Positions 27,597 to 36,850 of a stretch of 64,000 bases of DNA are shown one piece after another. The stretch is taken from positions 656,580-720,579 of the forward strand of contig CAWCNY010000004.1 in NCBI GenBank assembly GCA_963797095.1, read 5' to 3'. Numbering within the stretch: the stretch's first letter is position 1; each line of letters begins with the position of its first letter. Under the pieces are notes generated by a model that saw nothing but the letters and a program-made list of their open reading frames with translations, did not search any database and was not told where the DNA came from. The position numbers and the translations under genes are program-made. The DNA comes from an uncultured Chloroflexia bacterium (GTDB taxonomy: Bacteria > Chloroflexota > Chloroflexia > QHBQ01 > JADMIH01).

Positions 27597-29192
27597 ATGT
27601 TTCGCACTCTAAGGTCCAAGCTAACATTCTCTTACCTGGCGGTGGCGCTCCTTTGCCTGCTGCTTGCAATCGGAGGCACGCTGGCGCTGGCGCGTAACTA
27701 CGCACAACGCGAGGGCTACAAAACGCTGGACGAGAAGTGGTCGCTGGCGATGCCCCTCATTAGAGTAGCAGCCAACAACGAGGCCCGCCGCGACACCGTC
27801 CTCACGCGGGCGATCCTGGGCACTGTTCAGGATGCCATACGAAACGCCAACGTGCGCGTGCTGCTGGTGGACCCCGCTACCCTCCAGGTGGTCGAGGACA
27901 CGTCGACGCGCTACAACGCCACGGGCCAGCGCATCAATTTCGACGTGGACGATGCCGACCTTCAAGACCAACTGCTATCCAGCGACGGCGTGCAGGGGGT
28001 CTATCGCTTCGGTGGCGAGGTCGAGGCGCTCCAATATGTAGCCAGGCGCGTGCCCGCTGTGCGCATCGGCGCCGGTGCTCAGGCACAAAATGACCTGGGG
28101 GCGGCCATTTCCTACATAGTGGTGCTCGCCCAGCCTGTGCCACGACTATTTACCGGGCTGATCGGTGAGCTTCGCGATGCCCTGATCCCTTCAATAGTAG
28201 TGGCTCTGCTTGTGGCGCTCATTGTCGCCTATCTTCTCGCTAGATCGATCTCAAGGCCAGTGAGCAGGCTGGCGACCGCAGCCGCGGCCCTCGCGAAAGG
28301 CGATTACACCCAGCGAATTGAAGTGAACGGCCAGGACGAGTTGGCGACCCTCACAGGCCGGTTCAACGAAATGGCAGCCGAGGTGGGGCGCGCCCACCAG
28401 ATGCAGCGTGATTTCATCGCGAACGTGTCGCACGACCTCAAAACACCTCTCACATCGATTCAGGGATTCTCTCAAGCCATGCTGGATGGCGCTATCCGGG
28501 ATGAAGCGGGCTACCGGCAGGCGGCGGGCATCATCAACACCGAGGCCCACCGCATGACCCGATTGGTGGCCGAACTCCTCACCCTGGCGCGTCTTGAGTC
28601 CGGTCTCCACTCGCTTGAGATGCGCCCCGTCGATTTGGGCGAGGTGATCACGCAGCTTGCGCTAGCCATGCAACCGCAGGCCCGAGATGCAGGGGTCACT
28701 CTGTCGGCGCGCCTTCTCGTGCAGGATGCTATCGTGCTGGCCGACGTGGACAAGCTCAAGCAAGCGTTCGGCAACCTGGTAGATAATGCCCTCAAGCATA
28801 CGCCGCCCGGAGGCAAAGTCACCCTGGAAATGAGCCGCATACCCGGTGGCGTGATGGTCAAGGTGGTGGACACCGGTAAGGGCATCCCGCCCGACGAGTT
28901 ACCCCGCGTTATGGAGCGCTTCTACCAGATAGAGAAGGCGCGCACATCAAGCGGGTTGCCCAATGCCGACGAGCGCCGCATCGGCCTGGGCCTCGCTATA
29001 GCACGCGAGATTGTGAACGCGCACCGGGGCGGCATCACCATCGAAAGCGCGGTGGGCGTTGGAACGACGGTGCTGGTCAGCCTCCCCGCCGAGCCTGCCC
29101 ACGCCGAACCCCAGGCAGGCCAAAAGAGGCCCACCCGCGTCCCCAACGGTAAAGAGCCTGCGGAACCTCTCCTCCCCAGCAGCCCCAGGTGA
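27597..29192 (+). CDS. Sensor histidine kinase (2 TM + HAMP + HisKA + HATPase_c)
   Basis: HAMP region, VSHDLKTPL H-box, and N/G1/G2 boxes. Start moved to MFRTLRSKL, past the heptamer array. Confidence 0.85.
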   Translation: MFRTLRSKLTFSYLAVALLCLLLAIGGTLALARNYAQREGYKTLDEKWSLAMPLIRVAANNEARRDTVLTRAILGTVQDAIRNANVRVLLVDPATLQVVEDTSTRYNATGQRINFDVDDADLQDQLLSSDGVQGVYRFGGEVEALQYVARRVPAVRIGAGAQAQNDLGAAISYIVVLAQPVPRLFTGLIGELRDALIPSIVVALLVALIVAYLLARSISRPVSRLATAAAALAKGDYTQRIEVNGQDELATLTGRFNEMAAEVGRAHQMQRDFIANVSHDLKTPLTSIQGFSQAMLDGAIRDEAGYRQAAGIINTEAHRMTRLVAELLTLARLESGLHSLEMRPVDLGEVITQLALAMQPQARDAGVTLSARLLVQDAIVLADVDKLKQAFGNLVDNALKHTPPGGKVTLEMSRIPGGVMVKVVDTGKGIPPDELPRVMERFYQIEKARTSSGLPNADERRIGLGLAIAREIVNAHRGGITIESAVGVGTTVLVSLPAEPAHAEPQAGQKRPTRVPNGKEPAEPLLPSSPR

Positions 29193-29220
29193 GAACCGGC
29201 TCGATCTCGCCAAAAGCTCC

Positions 29221-29275
29221 TATAGGAGCGAACGGTCGTAAGGAGCGAACGGTCGTAAGGAGCGAACGGTCGTAC
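29221..29275. repeat. Tandem repeat, 3 x 17 bp (aggagcgaacggtcgta)
   Basis: Three perfect direct copies immediately after the histidine kinase stop. Confidence 0.9.
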
Positions 29276-30124
29276 GCACACAAAGCAAGTAGTCCCAAAG
29301 GGACGCAAGAGAGTAGCCCAGGGCGTAAGCCCTGTGGTAAGGCAAGGAAAGTGCCAAAGCCCCGAGGGGCGTAAGAGGACGCACAAGACAACAACCCCAA
29401 CCCCTTTGTGATCCCTTCGTGCTCTTTGCGCCTTAGTAGTTCAAAACACCAGGCTTCGCACATCTCACGCATAAAAAGTCATACCAATAGGTACTTGCAT
29501 CCACAGAACAAGTGCGCTAAGATCCTACACAAGAAGTACTTTCAACCTCCCTGCCGCGCAGCAAGGAGGGCAAAAGGACAAGACTGGTGTCCCTGTGTAT
29601 CTTTGCGTTAGTACCTTTACAAACCACATAAACCATCACTACTACCAGCACTTTACAAACCAAAGAGAATGGTGAGCCAAAAGCCGGTGGCTCTCTCAAC
29701 ACCACCCCCCACCCCTCCGGTCTCTCATCACCGGACCCTTACAGCAACCCGCAAGTAGCCCACAAGGCGAACACAAGGGAACCTCACAAGGGAAACAGCA
29801 CGGAGCAGCGAAGCAGTGTGCATTCGTGTCGCACCCTCTAAAGGCAAGAGCAATCTTGTGCTAACTGCAAACACGAGCCCAGTTGCGCCATAGGGACATC
29901 CCTTCTATTCAGCAACAGCCACAACGAAACACAAAAAGGAAAGGGTGCACAAGCCCAAAAGCAAGTGCACCCCCTTTCCCATACCCATCAATCACCAAAT
30001 CCAACAAGAAATCCGCAATTCCGAACTCTGCACTCCGCACAAGGCCTTCCATTGATCTTGTTTGCACTGGAAACTTGCGGCGGGCAAAGTTATAATTCTC
30101 AGGATGGGGAAACGAACGGACACC
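29276..30124 (+). other. About 850-nt ORF-free A+C-rich region with many short GC stems (candidate long structured RNA or 5' UTR)
   Basis: Top strand strongly depleted in T and G. No credible ORF on either strand. Recurring motifs (gcaagtag[tc]cc[ac]aa(a)gg at 29286 and 29746, gcgtaag). Hairpins such as gggtgcac...gtgcaccc. Confidence 0.3.
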
Positions 30125-30304
30125 AATGCCTGAAATCGGCAACTGGCTCTTGCCTCTACTTGTGGTGGTCGTGCTGGCAGTTGCCACGCTCGTATTTGCG
30201 CGCTTCATCGGCCAATGGATTGACGCACAGGGCAACTCCGTCGTAGACAAACCACGTGAGACGCGCAAGCGGCGATCACAGGACACGGAGCACCGTTCGG
30301 AATA
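30125..30304 (+). CDS. Small single-TM membrane protein (59 aa)
   Basis: MPEIGNWLLPLLVVVVLAVATLVFARFIGQW..., a basic C-terminal tail, and an SD-like aggatgggg upstream. Confidence 0.4.
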
Positions 30305-30323
30305 ACAACCTCGGAGGAATCTA

Positions 30324-30683
30324 TTGAACTGGACCGGAATCATATTCGGCCTCTTTTCTGCGCTTGTAATAGGCATGGGCTTCGTGTGGGTGATCAGGTT
30401 CGAGTACCTGGTTGGCGCGTACAGGTGGAAGTGGGTGGCAGCTGCCGGCCTCGCACTGGTGGCCGCGTCAATCTTCATGCCCAACTTTGCCCTCGCCGCC
30501 CTCCTGGGCATCGCGGGAGGCAGCATCACATGGGGCGCTATGGAACTACCTCACCAGGAGGAACGCGTGGACCACGGCCTCTTTCGTGCGCACCCCAGGC
30601 GCGCCGAGCGCCCTCACCTGGCACACAATGACAGCAATGCTCACGGCAACAAGCCAGGTCTCGGCAAATGGTGGAGCTTTTAG
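30324..30683 (+). CDS. Small multi-TM membrane protein (119 aa)
   Basis: Paralogous to the next ORF (WGAMELPHQEERVDHG vs WDAFELHRQEARVRQG). Confidence 0.5.
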   Translation: MNWTGIIFGLFSALVIGMGFVWVIRFEYLVGAYRWKWVAAAGLALVAASIFMPNFALAALLGIAGGSITWGAMELPHQEERVDHGLFRAHPRRAERPHLAHNDSNAHGNKPGLGKWWSF

Positions 30684-31169
30684 ATGCTATTCGGCCTTGA
30701 TCTACAAATAGCAGGACCCATCCTGGCGGGAGTGACCTTCCTGACCATCTGGTGGGGTCATGTGCTTGTGCGTATCGTCCACTACTATTTTGGCACGCGT
30801 CCAGCACCTATCCTGTTCGTGGTGGGGTTGCTACTCCTGTTCACAAGCACGCAGTTGGGCAGCGATCTTTTGTCGGCGGGGCTTGGCATAGTGGGCCTCA
30901 CGCTACTGTGGGATGCCTTCGAGCTACATCGCCAGGAGGCGCGGGTGCGCCAGGGCCATGCGCCGCTCAACCCAAGAGTCCATCACGAGGCGGCGGGTAT
31001 GCTCGCGTCAAGTCTTGCTACCGAGCATGTTGGTGAGAGCGAAGAAGGTGTATGCCTCTCCTGCGGCTCGACCGACACAACCCGCTTCCTGTGCAGGCAC
31101 GGGCCTTACTGCAAGGTGCGACAGTGGGACCGCTACCAACCGCCCCAGCCCATCCCCATCGAGGAATGA
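30684..31169 (+). CDS. Multi-TM membrane protein (161 aa) with a C-terminal Cys cluster
   Basis: Paralogue of 30324..30683 with an added CLSCGSTDTTRFLCRHGPYC tail. Its start abuts the previous stop. Confidence 0.5.
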   Translation: MLFGLDLQIAGPILAGVTFLTIWWGHVLVRIVHYYFGTRPAPILFVVGLLLLFTSTQLGSDLLSAGLGIVGLTLLWDAFELHRQEARVRQGHAPLNPRVHHEAAGMLASSLATEHVGESEEGVCLSCGSTDTTRFLCRHGPYCKVRQWDRYQPPQPIPIEE

Positions 31170-31237
31170 TCTGGTCCTAAGATAGAGAGAATGGGCGGTT
31201 TTGCCGCCCATTCTCTCTATCTTAGGACGTGTATTGG

Positions 31238-32764
31238 TTACTCGTCCTCTTTGGGGGGCACGGGCTTGGCGGTGCCTTCTATCACATGCTGTGCGGCTAC
31301 CCCATCGCCGGTGCCGTTGGTCGAGGTTGCGGCTGAGTTATCCAGACCGGTCACGTGGCTGAGTAGGTCGGCTACCTTCACACCCGTCAGTGTCTCGAAC
31401 AATTCGGGGATCTGGGCAACCATGCGGGCGATGTCGGCGGTAAGCTGGTTCGCACCCGCGCCTTTGCCGTCGTTGCTGCCGGTAGACACGATGGTGATCT
31501 TATCCACCTGGCTCAAAGGCTGGGCGATAGCGCGAGCCACTTCAGGCATGCCTGACAGGAGCTTATCGAGCACGGCTGCCTGGTTGTATTCGCGGAACGC
31601 GCCCGCACGCATATGCATAGCGTCGGCTTCCGCCTGGCCCTTGGCACGAATAACTTCTGCCTCTGCGAGACCACGCGACCTTTCGGCGTCGCCATCGCCG
31701 GCACCTTGCACCCTGGACGCTTCAGCCGCGCCCTGTGCTTCCAGTGAGCGGCGCTGCTTCTCGGCTTCGGCAAGGGTCTCTATCCGCTGGCGCTCGATCT
31801 CGGCAGGCTTGAGCACGGTAGCGATAAGCTCGCGCTCTCGGCGCTGGATCTCGGCGTCCTGCACCTTGATCTGCTCTTCGCGCTGGATGCGCTCGATGCG
31901 CACTGCCTCAGCAGCCACCTGCTGCTGCATGATGTTAGCCTGGATGTCGTACGTCTTGTCGGCGGTAGCCTGCTGCTTGCGTACTGAGGCCATGTAATCG
32001 GCCCGCTTTAGCTCAAGGTCGCGCTGGGCCTCGGCCTGCTTGGCAGCCGAAGCGGTCTCGGCCATCACTCGCTCCTGGTCGGCCTGCGCGCGTGCGATTG
32101 CCGACTCGCGCAACGCCTGGGCGCGCTTGATCTCGGTGTCGCGCTCGGCCTCCGCCGTGGCGATATCGGCCTGCCTCTTGATCGAAACGATATCAGGGCG
32201 ACCCATGTTCACGATATAATCGTTCTTGTCGCGCACCTCTTTGATGGTGAACGACACAATCTCAAGACCCATCTTGTCCATATCGTCCGCGGATGTGGCA
32301 CGCATCCGGTCGGCAACCATTTCGGGCTGCTTCACAATCTCCTCGACCGTAAGCTGGCCCACGATGCCGCGCAAGTGACCTTCCATCACGAGCCGGATGA
32401 AAGCTTCGCGCTGAAGGGCGTTCTTGGTAAGCAATTGCTCGGCAGCGGTGCGGATCGAGTTGGGATCGCTCTTGATCTTGATCTGGGCAACCGCCTCCAC
32501 GTTGACCGCCACACCCTGCTTGGTGAAGAGGTCCTGGGTGGGAGCCACATCGAACGACATCAACTCAAGCGAGAGGAGCTTGGAATCCTGCAATACAGGG
32601 AGGACTACAGCGCCTCCGCCCTTGATCACCCTGGGCTGACCACCGGTGCCAAGACCGTAGATCACCAGCGCCTCGTTCGGGCCAACCTTGCGCACGAGGC
32701 TTACTATCCAGGCCAAACCCAGAAGGATCACTACAACCAAACCAATAATGATATACAGTTCCAC
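31238..32764 (-). CDS. Flotillin-like SPFH/Band-7 protein (FloT/YuaG-like)
   Basis: N-terminal TM, SPFH domain, and a long Ala/Glu-rich coiled-coil flotillin domain. 508 aa. Confidence 0.85.
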   Translation of the reverse strand: MELYIIIGLVVVILLGLAWIVSLVRKVGPNEALVIYGLGTGGQPRVIKGGGAVVLPVLQDSKLLSLELMSFDVAPTQDLFTKQGVAVNVEAVAQIKIKSDPNSIRTAAEQLLTKNALQREAFIRLVMEGHLRGIVGQLTVEEIVKQPEMVADRMRATSADDMDKMGLEIVSFTIKEVRDKNDYIVNMGRPDIVSIKRQADIATAEAERDTEIKRAQALRESAIARAQADQERVMAETASAAKQAEAQRDLELKRADYMASVRKQQATADKTYDIQANIMQQQVAAEAVRIERIQREEQIKVQDAEIQRRERELIATVLKPAEIERQRIETLAEAEKQRRSLEAQGAAEASRVQGAGDGDAERSRGLAEAEVIRAKGQAEADAMHMRAGAFREYNQAAVLDKLLSGMPEVARAIAQPLSQVDKITIVSTGSNDGKGAGANQLTADIARMVAQIPELFETLTGVKVADLLSHVTGLDNSAATSTNGTGDGVAAQHVIEGTAKPVPPKEDE

Positions 32765-32766
32765 CT

Positions 32767-33432
32767 CTATCGAACCTCCCTTTCAGTCAACAGCGCGTCA
32801 ACGTCTTGCACATAAGCAAGACCGCGCTCGTACCTGATGATCACCACTTCTGCCCCTTTGGCGATGGCACTATCGTCAACACTGCGGGCGCCCGCAGTGA
32901 AGCGCGTGCCCTTCTTAGTATAGACGATCTCGCCCACACCGCCTGAGCGTATGGGGCTGACAACCCTGGCCGCCGTCCCCGGCAGGCGAAAGTCGCTATC
33001 CTCCAGGGGCTTGCTCATCATGGGCCACAGCACGCGGGCCAGCAAGACGAACATGATCGCGCCTCCCACTAACCCGCTTGCCACCGCCAGCAGAGCCGCC
33101 AGCCAGCCGTAAAGCCCCAGCGATTGGCGGAGCAGATAGCCGACCCCACCGAACCACGTAATCGTAGCCATGATGGTCGGCATATTAAGGAAGCCTGGGC
33201 CATCGTGGCCGGCATGGGCGGCATGCGCCAACTGATGGCCCCCTGCATCGGCATGAGCATCCCCGATTTCGATCTGGATATCGTGCCCACCAGGCAAGTC
33301 TATATGTATGTCGTGACCTCCCGCGTCCGCGCCGCCCCCAACCCAACCGAGTAGGAGGGACGCGACCGTGAAGATCAGTCCGAAAAGGAAGAACGACAGA
33401 AATAGATTCGCCAGCCAGTCAGAACCAAACAT
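32767..33432 (-). CDS. NfeD-like membrane protein (flotillin partner) with a His-rich loop
   Basis: TM segments plus a C-terminal OB-fold (VVSPIRSGGVGEIVY). The insert GGHDIHIDLPGGHDIQIEIGDAHADAGGHQLAHAAHAGHDG is His-rich. Immediately upstream of flotillin. Confidence 0.7.
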   Translation of the reverse strand: MFGSDWLANLFLSFFLFGLIFTVASLLLGWVGGGADAGGHDIHIDLPGGHDIQIEIGDAHADAGGHQLAHAAHAGHDGPGFLNMPTIMATITWFGGVGYLLRQSLGLYGWLAALLAVASGLVGGAIMFVLLARVLWPMMSKPLEDSDFRLPGTAARVVSPIRSGGVGEIVYTKKGTRFTAGARSVDDSAIAKGAEVVIIRYERGLAYVQDVDALLTEREVR

Positions 33433-33530
33433 AGCGCACTCACGCTCCTTTCACTCAGTCCCAACCCACCGGCATGGTTCATTATTTATTTACGCAACAA
33501 GTCCAATAAAGTTGCATGGGGCAGATTCTG

Positions 33531-33836
33531 TTAGAACATGCCGGGGATATTCAGCCCGCCCGTTATTGCCCCCATTTTCTTTTGGGCCATGTCTTGAGCG
33601 TGTTCAAGTGCCTGGTTGAATGCGGTCATCAACATATCCTGAAGTGTTTCCACATCATCAGGATCTACGGCATCGGGGTCAACGGTCACCGCCATTACCT
33701 TGTGGTGACCGTTCATCTCGATGGTAACGGCTCCGCCGCCAGAGGTGGCCGTGACGGTCTCATTGGCGAGGTCCTCCTGAGCCTTGAGCATCTTCTTTTG
33801 CATATCCTGCAACTGGCGCATCATTCGATTGTCCAT
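33531..33836 (-). CDS. ybaB: Nucleoid-associated protein YbaB/EbfC
   Basis: 101-aa YbaB_DNA_bd family (MQKKMLKAQEDL...GGGAV). Lies downstream of dnaX. Confidence 0.9.
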   Translation of the reverse strand: MDNRMMRQLQDMQKKMLKAQEDLANETVTATSGGGAVTIEMNGHHKVMAVTVDPDAVDPDDVETLQDMLMTAFNQALEHAQDMAQKKMGAITGGLNIPGMF

Positions 33837-33914
33837 ATGGGGTTATCTCCTTGTTGAGTGGATAGACGCTGGATGATGGACCGCAGACGATTTCTCTAAG
33901 TCCAGTCCTGTTGT

Positions 33915-35810
33915 CTATTCATCAGTCGTGTCGAATTTATCAACTCCAAATGTGTTCATAACCGCCCTGCCCCTGGGCGTTTCGTGCGGCGCGGGCGGCT
34001 TGCCTTTGGGATTGCGTGGGGCAGGCTTGCCGCCAACGTCCTCGCCACCCAAGTCGCTGTCATTTCCACCGCCGGAGCCGTTACCCTCCTGATCGAAAGT
34101 GATAGTCTCCACCAAACAGGGTCGTCCAAGGGTGCGAGAAAGAGCCTGCTCCAGCAGGCCGCGCTGCTGCTCGCCCCTGGCCCGCTGAGCGTGGATCGGA
34201 TACCTGAAGCTGATCGTCACGGTCTTGCCCGACATGGCGAACGGGCGTACCTGCGCAGGATCGCGGAAGACCGCAGCCATCTGCTTGCTTCGGGCGTTGA
34301 TCTGGTCTATCAGGTTGGGCCATAGCCTCTTGAGCTTGCTCAGGTCATCGCCGTCATCTTCAGGCTCGGAAGGTGCCTCGGCGTGTGCCACCTCTTCAGA
34401 TTCAGAGGGCACATGGCCGTTAGCAGCAACCGTTGGCTCGGCCTCATCCGGCGCGGGCTTCTCCTGGGAAGCCACGATCTCCAGGTGGGGTTGGGCCGTT
34501 CCATTCAAATAGCCTCCCAACTCAACGTTTATGGGCGGTGGAGGACCGGAAGGTTGGGGCGCAGAGCCATTCCCGCCGCGCGCAGACTGCGAACCTCGCG
34601 AGGCGGCAGGGCGCTCAGGCGTGGGCTGCGCGGGCCTGGCACGCTCGGATGGGGGCACGCCGACCTGTTCGGCAGCCTGCGCGATCTCGGCGCTGTGATC
34701 TTTGGGCTGAAGCGCTACAGGAGGCAATATTGCTTCTACGAGGGCCATCTCCAGCGGTAACTGCCGGTATGATGTGGAGCGCAGTTCGCTATCGGCTGCG
34801 GCAAAGACCTTCGTCCAGCGCAGCAGGTCGGGCAAAGCAACCTTCGCGGCCTGCGCTTCCATGCGGCGCTTCATCTCCTCGGTCACGTCTAGCAGCGAGC
34901 CCTCCGAGGATTGGGCTGCACCTGATTTAATCAACATCAACTGGCGCAGGTGCTCGACGGTCTGGTGGTTGAACTGCCGCACATCGAGTCCCTCGTCTAG
35001 CACCGCATTGATCAGGCGCAAACCGGAAGGCAGGTCGGCGGCTACCAGGCAATCAACGAAATCGGCCACGCGCTCGGAGCCTGAGGCACCAAGCATGTCT
35101 TGAACTTCGGCAAGCCTGATCCCGCCCTCCGAGAAGACGCGCAACTGGTCGAGCAGGGAGAGGGCATCGCGCAACGACCCTGTGGCCTGCCTCGCCACCA
35201 ATTCAAGGGCGGCATCCTCGACCTCTATCAATTCCTGGTCGCACACCCACCGGAGGCGATCTACCATCGCTTTGAGAGGCACCCTCCTGAAATCGAACCG
35301 CTGGCAGCGCGATGCCACGGTTGCGGGCACCTTGTGTACCTCGGTAGTCGCCAGGATGAAGGCGACATGGGGCGGCGGCTCCTCTAAAGTCTTGAGCAGG
35401 GCATTGAAAGCCGACACACTTAGCATGTGCACTTCATCAATGATATAGAACTTGGTGTTCCACACGGCGGGGGAGAACTGGGCGCGCTCGATCATCTCGC
35501 GGATGTTGTCCACGCCTGTGTTGGAGGCGGCATCGATCTCGATCAGGTCGGTGGCGATATCGCGCCCGGCGGCAATGCAGTTGGGGCACTCATTACAAGG
35601 TTTGTCGGGACCTTCAGAGAGGCAGTTGGCGGCCCGCGCCAGCAAGCGAGCGGCGCTTGTCTTGCCGACTCCGCGCGGCCCCGTGAAGAGGTAGGCATGG
35701 CCGATGCGCCCTGACGATATGGCGTTCTTGAGGGTCTTCACCACAGGCTCCTGACCCACGAGTTCGTCAAATGTCTGGGAGCGGTACTTTCTATAGAGGG
35801 ATAGGGACAT
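33915..35810 (-). CDS. dnaX: DNA polymerase III subunits gamma/tau
   Basis: AAA+ Walker A GPRGVGKTS. Zinc module CxxCxxC (CNECPNC). A proline-rich tau C-terminal region. Confidence 0.9.
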   Translation of the reverse strand: MSLSLYRKYRSQTFDELVGQEPVVKTLKNAISSGRIGHAYLFTGPRGVGKTSAARLLARAANCLSEGPDKPCNECPNCIAAGRDIATDLIEIDAASNTGVDNIREMIERAQFSPAVWNTKFYIIDEVHMLSVSAFNALLKTLEEPPPHVAFILATTEVHKVPATVASRCQRFDFRRVPLKAMVDRLRWVCDQELIEVEDAALELVARQATGSLRDALSLLDQLRVFSEGGIRLAEVQDMLGASGSERVADFVDCLVAADLPSGLRLINAVLDEGLDVRQFNHQTVEHLRQLMLIKSGAAQSSEGSLLDVTEEMKRRMEAQAAKVALPDLLRWTKVFAAADSELRSTSYRQLPLEMALVEAILPPVALQPKDHSAEIAQAAEQVGVPPSERARPAQPTPERPAASRGSQSARGGNGSAPQPSGPPPPINVELGGYLNGTAQPHLEIVASQEKPAPDEAEPTVAANGHVPSESEEVAHAEAPSEPEDDGDDLSKLKRLWPNLIDQINARSKQMAAVFRDPAQVRPFAMSGKTVTISFRYPIHAQRARGEQQRGLLEQALSRTLGRPCLVETITFDQEGNGSGGGNDSDLGGEDVGGKPAPRNPKGKPPAPHETPRGRAVMNTFGVDKFDTTDE

Positions 35811-35893
35811 GGTCTATTGCTTACTTCGTATTGCGTATTGAGGGATAAAAAGACGGCACTCGGCGACAGCAGCCACCGCGAGGCTATTATACC

Positions 35894-36850
35894 ATGCCAA
35901 AGTTGCCAGCACACGGCGGATTGACACCCTCTGGGGGCACTCATATAATCAACTTGCTAATGACTCCAACTCCATCAACTGTACACAAGACCAGCCCTGT
36001 CTCACCTAACGGCAAGGCGCATGTGGTCACATCCGGCGAAGCGTTCAGCCGTGCGGCATCGCTCTACGATGCGGACGAAGAGCAGAACGTGATGGCGCGG
36101 TGGGCGCGGAAACGCAGCCTTTCAGTGCTACTGAAGGCGTTTAAGCCAGGTGACCGGGTGCTGGAGATCGGTTGCGGCACGGGGATAGAGGCTCTGCAAC
36201 TGGCGAGGCGCGGCATCAAAATAGTAGCCACCGATGCAGCGCCGGGGATGATTTCGACCCTCAGCGCAAAGTTGTCGGAAGGCGGCTCGGCCCACGAACT
36301 GGCAGAGATGATCGAGCCGGTGCTTGTGCCCGCACAAGATCTCGGCGATCTAGTAGTGCGTTACGGGGCAGGCGCGTTCGATGGCGCTTACTCAAGCATG
36401 GGGCCGTTGAACTGCATCCCGGACCTGCAACCTGTGGCCGGTGCGCTGGCTCGGCTTGTCAGACCGGGGGGGCGGGTGGTGCTAAGTCTGCTGAACCGCT
36501 ATTGCCTGTGGGAAACCGCCTGGTATATGCGCGCGCTCCAGCCTGGGCTGGCCTTCAGGCGCTGGGGCGGGGAGGCTGAAGCCACTTCGCGCCCCGATTG
36601 GCAGGAGGAGAAGTTCACCTGCTACTATTGGAACAGAGGCACAATAGAGAGGGCTTTCCAACATGACTTCTGCGTTGTAAGGCGTGAAGGATTACCCTGG
36701 CTAATGCCACCGCTCTACCTTGACGGATTGATCAAGCGTGCGCCGCGACTTTTCCGGGTGCTATCTCGTCTCGACCGCCGCCTGGCTCACTTGTGGCCCG
36801 CATACGACATCGGGGATCACCTGCTAATCCAGCTCGAGCGAAAGGGCTAG
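35894..36850 (+). CDS. Class I SAM-dependent methyltransferase
   Basis: Motif I VLEIGCGTG. Methyltransf_11/25-like. The start is uncertain; internal Met candidates exist. Confidence 0.7.
   Translation: MPKLPAHGGLTPSGGTHIINLLMTPTPSTVHKTSPVSPNGKAHVVTSGEAFSRAASLYDADEEQNVMARWARKRSLSVLLKAFKPGDRVLEIGCGTGIEALQLARRGIKIVATDAAPGMISTLSAKLSEGGSAHELAEMIEPVLVPAQDLGDLVVRYGAGAFDGAYSSMGPLNCIPDLQPVAGALARLVRPGGRVVLSLLNRYCLWETAWYMRALQPGLAFRRWGGEAEATSRPDWQEEKFTCYYWNRGTIERAFQHDFCVVRREGLPWLMPPLYLDGLIKRAPRLFRVLSRLDRRLAHLWPAYDIGDHLLIQLERKG

Noticed and set aside
29909-30529. 206-aa minus-strand ORF across the AC-rich region.
   Set aside because: Low-complexity translation. Antisense to the small membrane protein genes. 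No start context. Likely an artefact of G+T richness on that strand.
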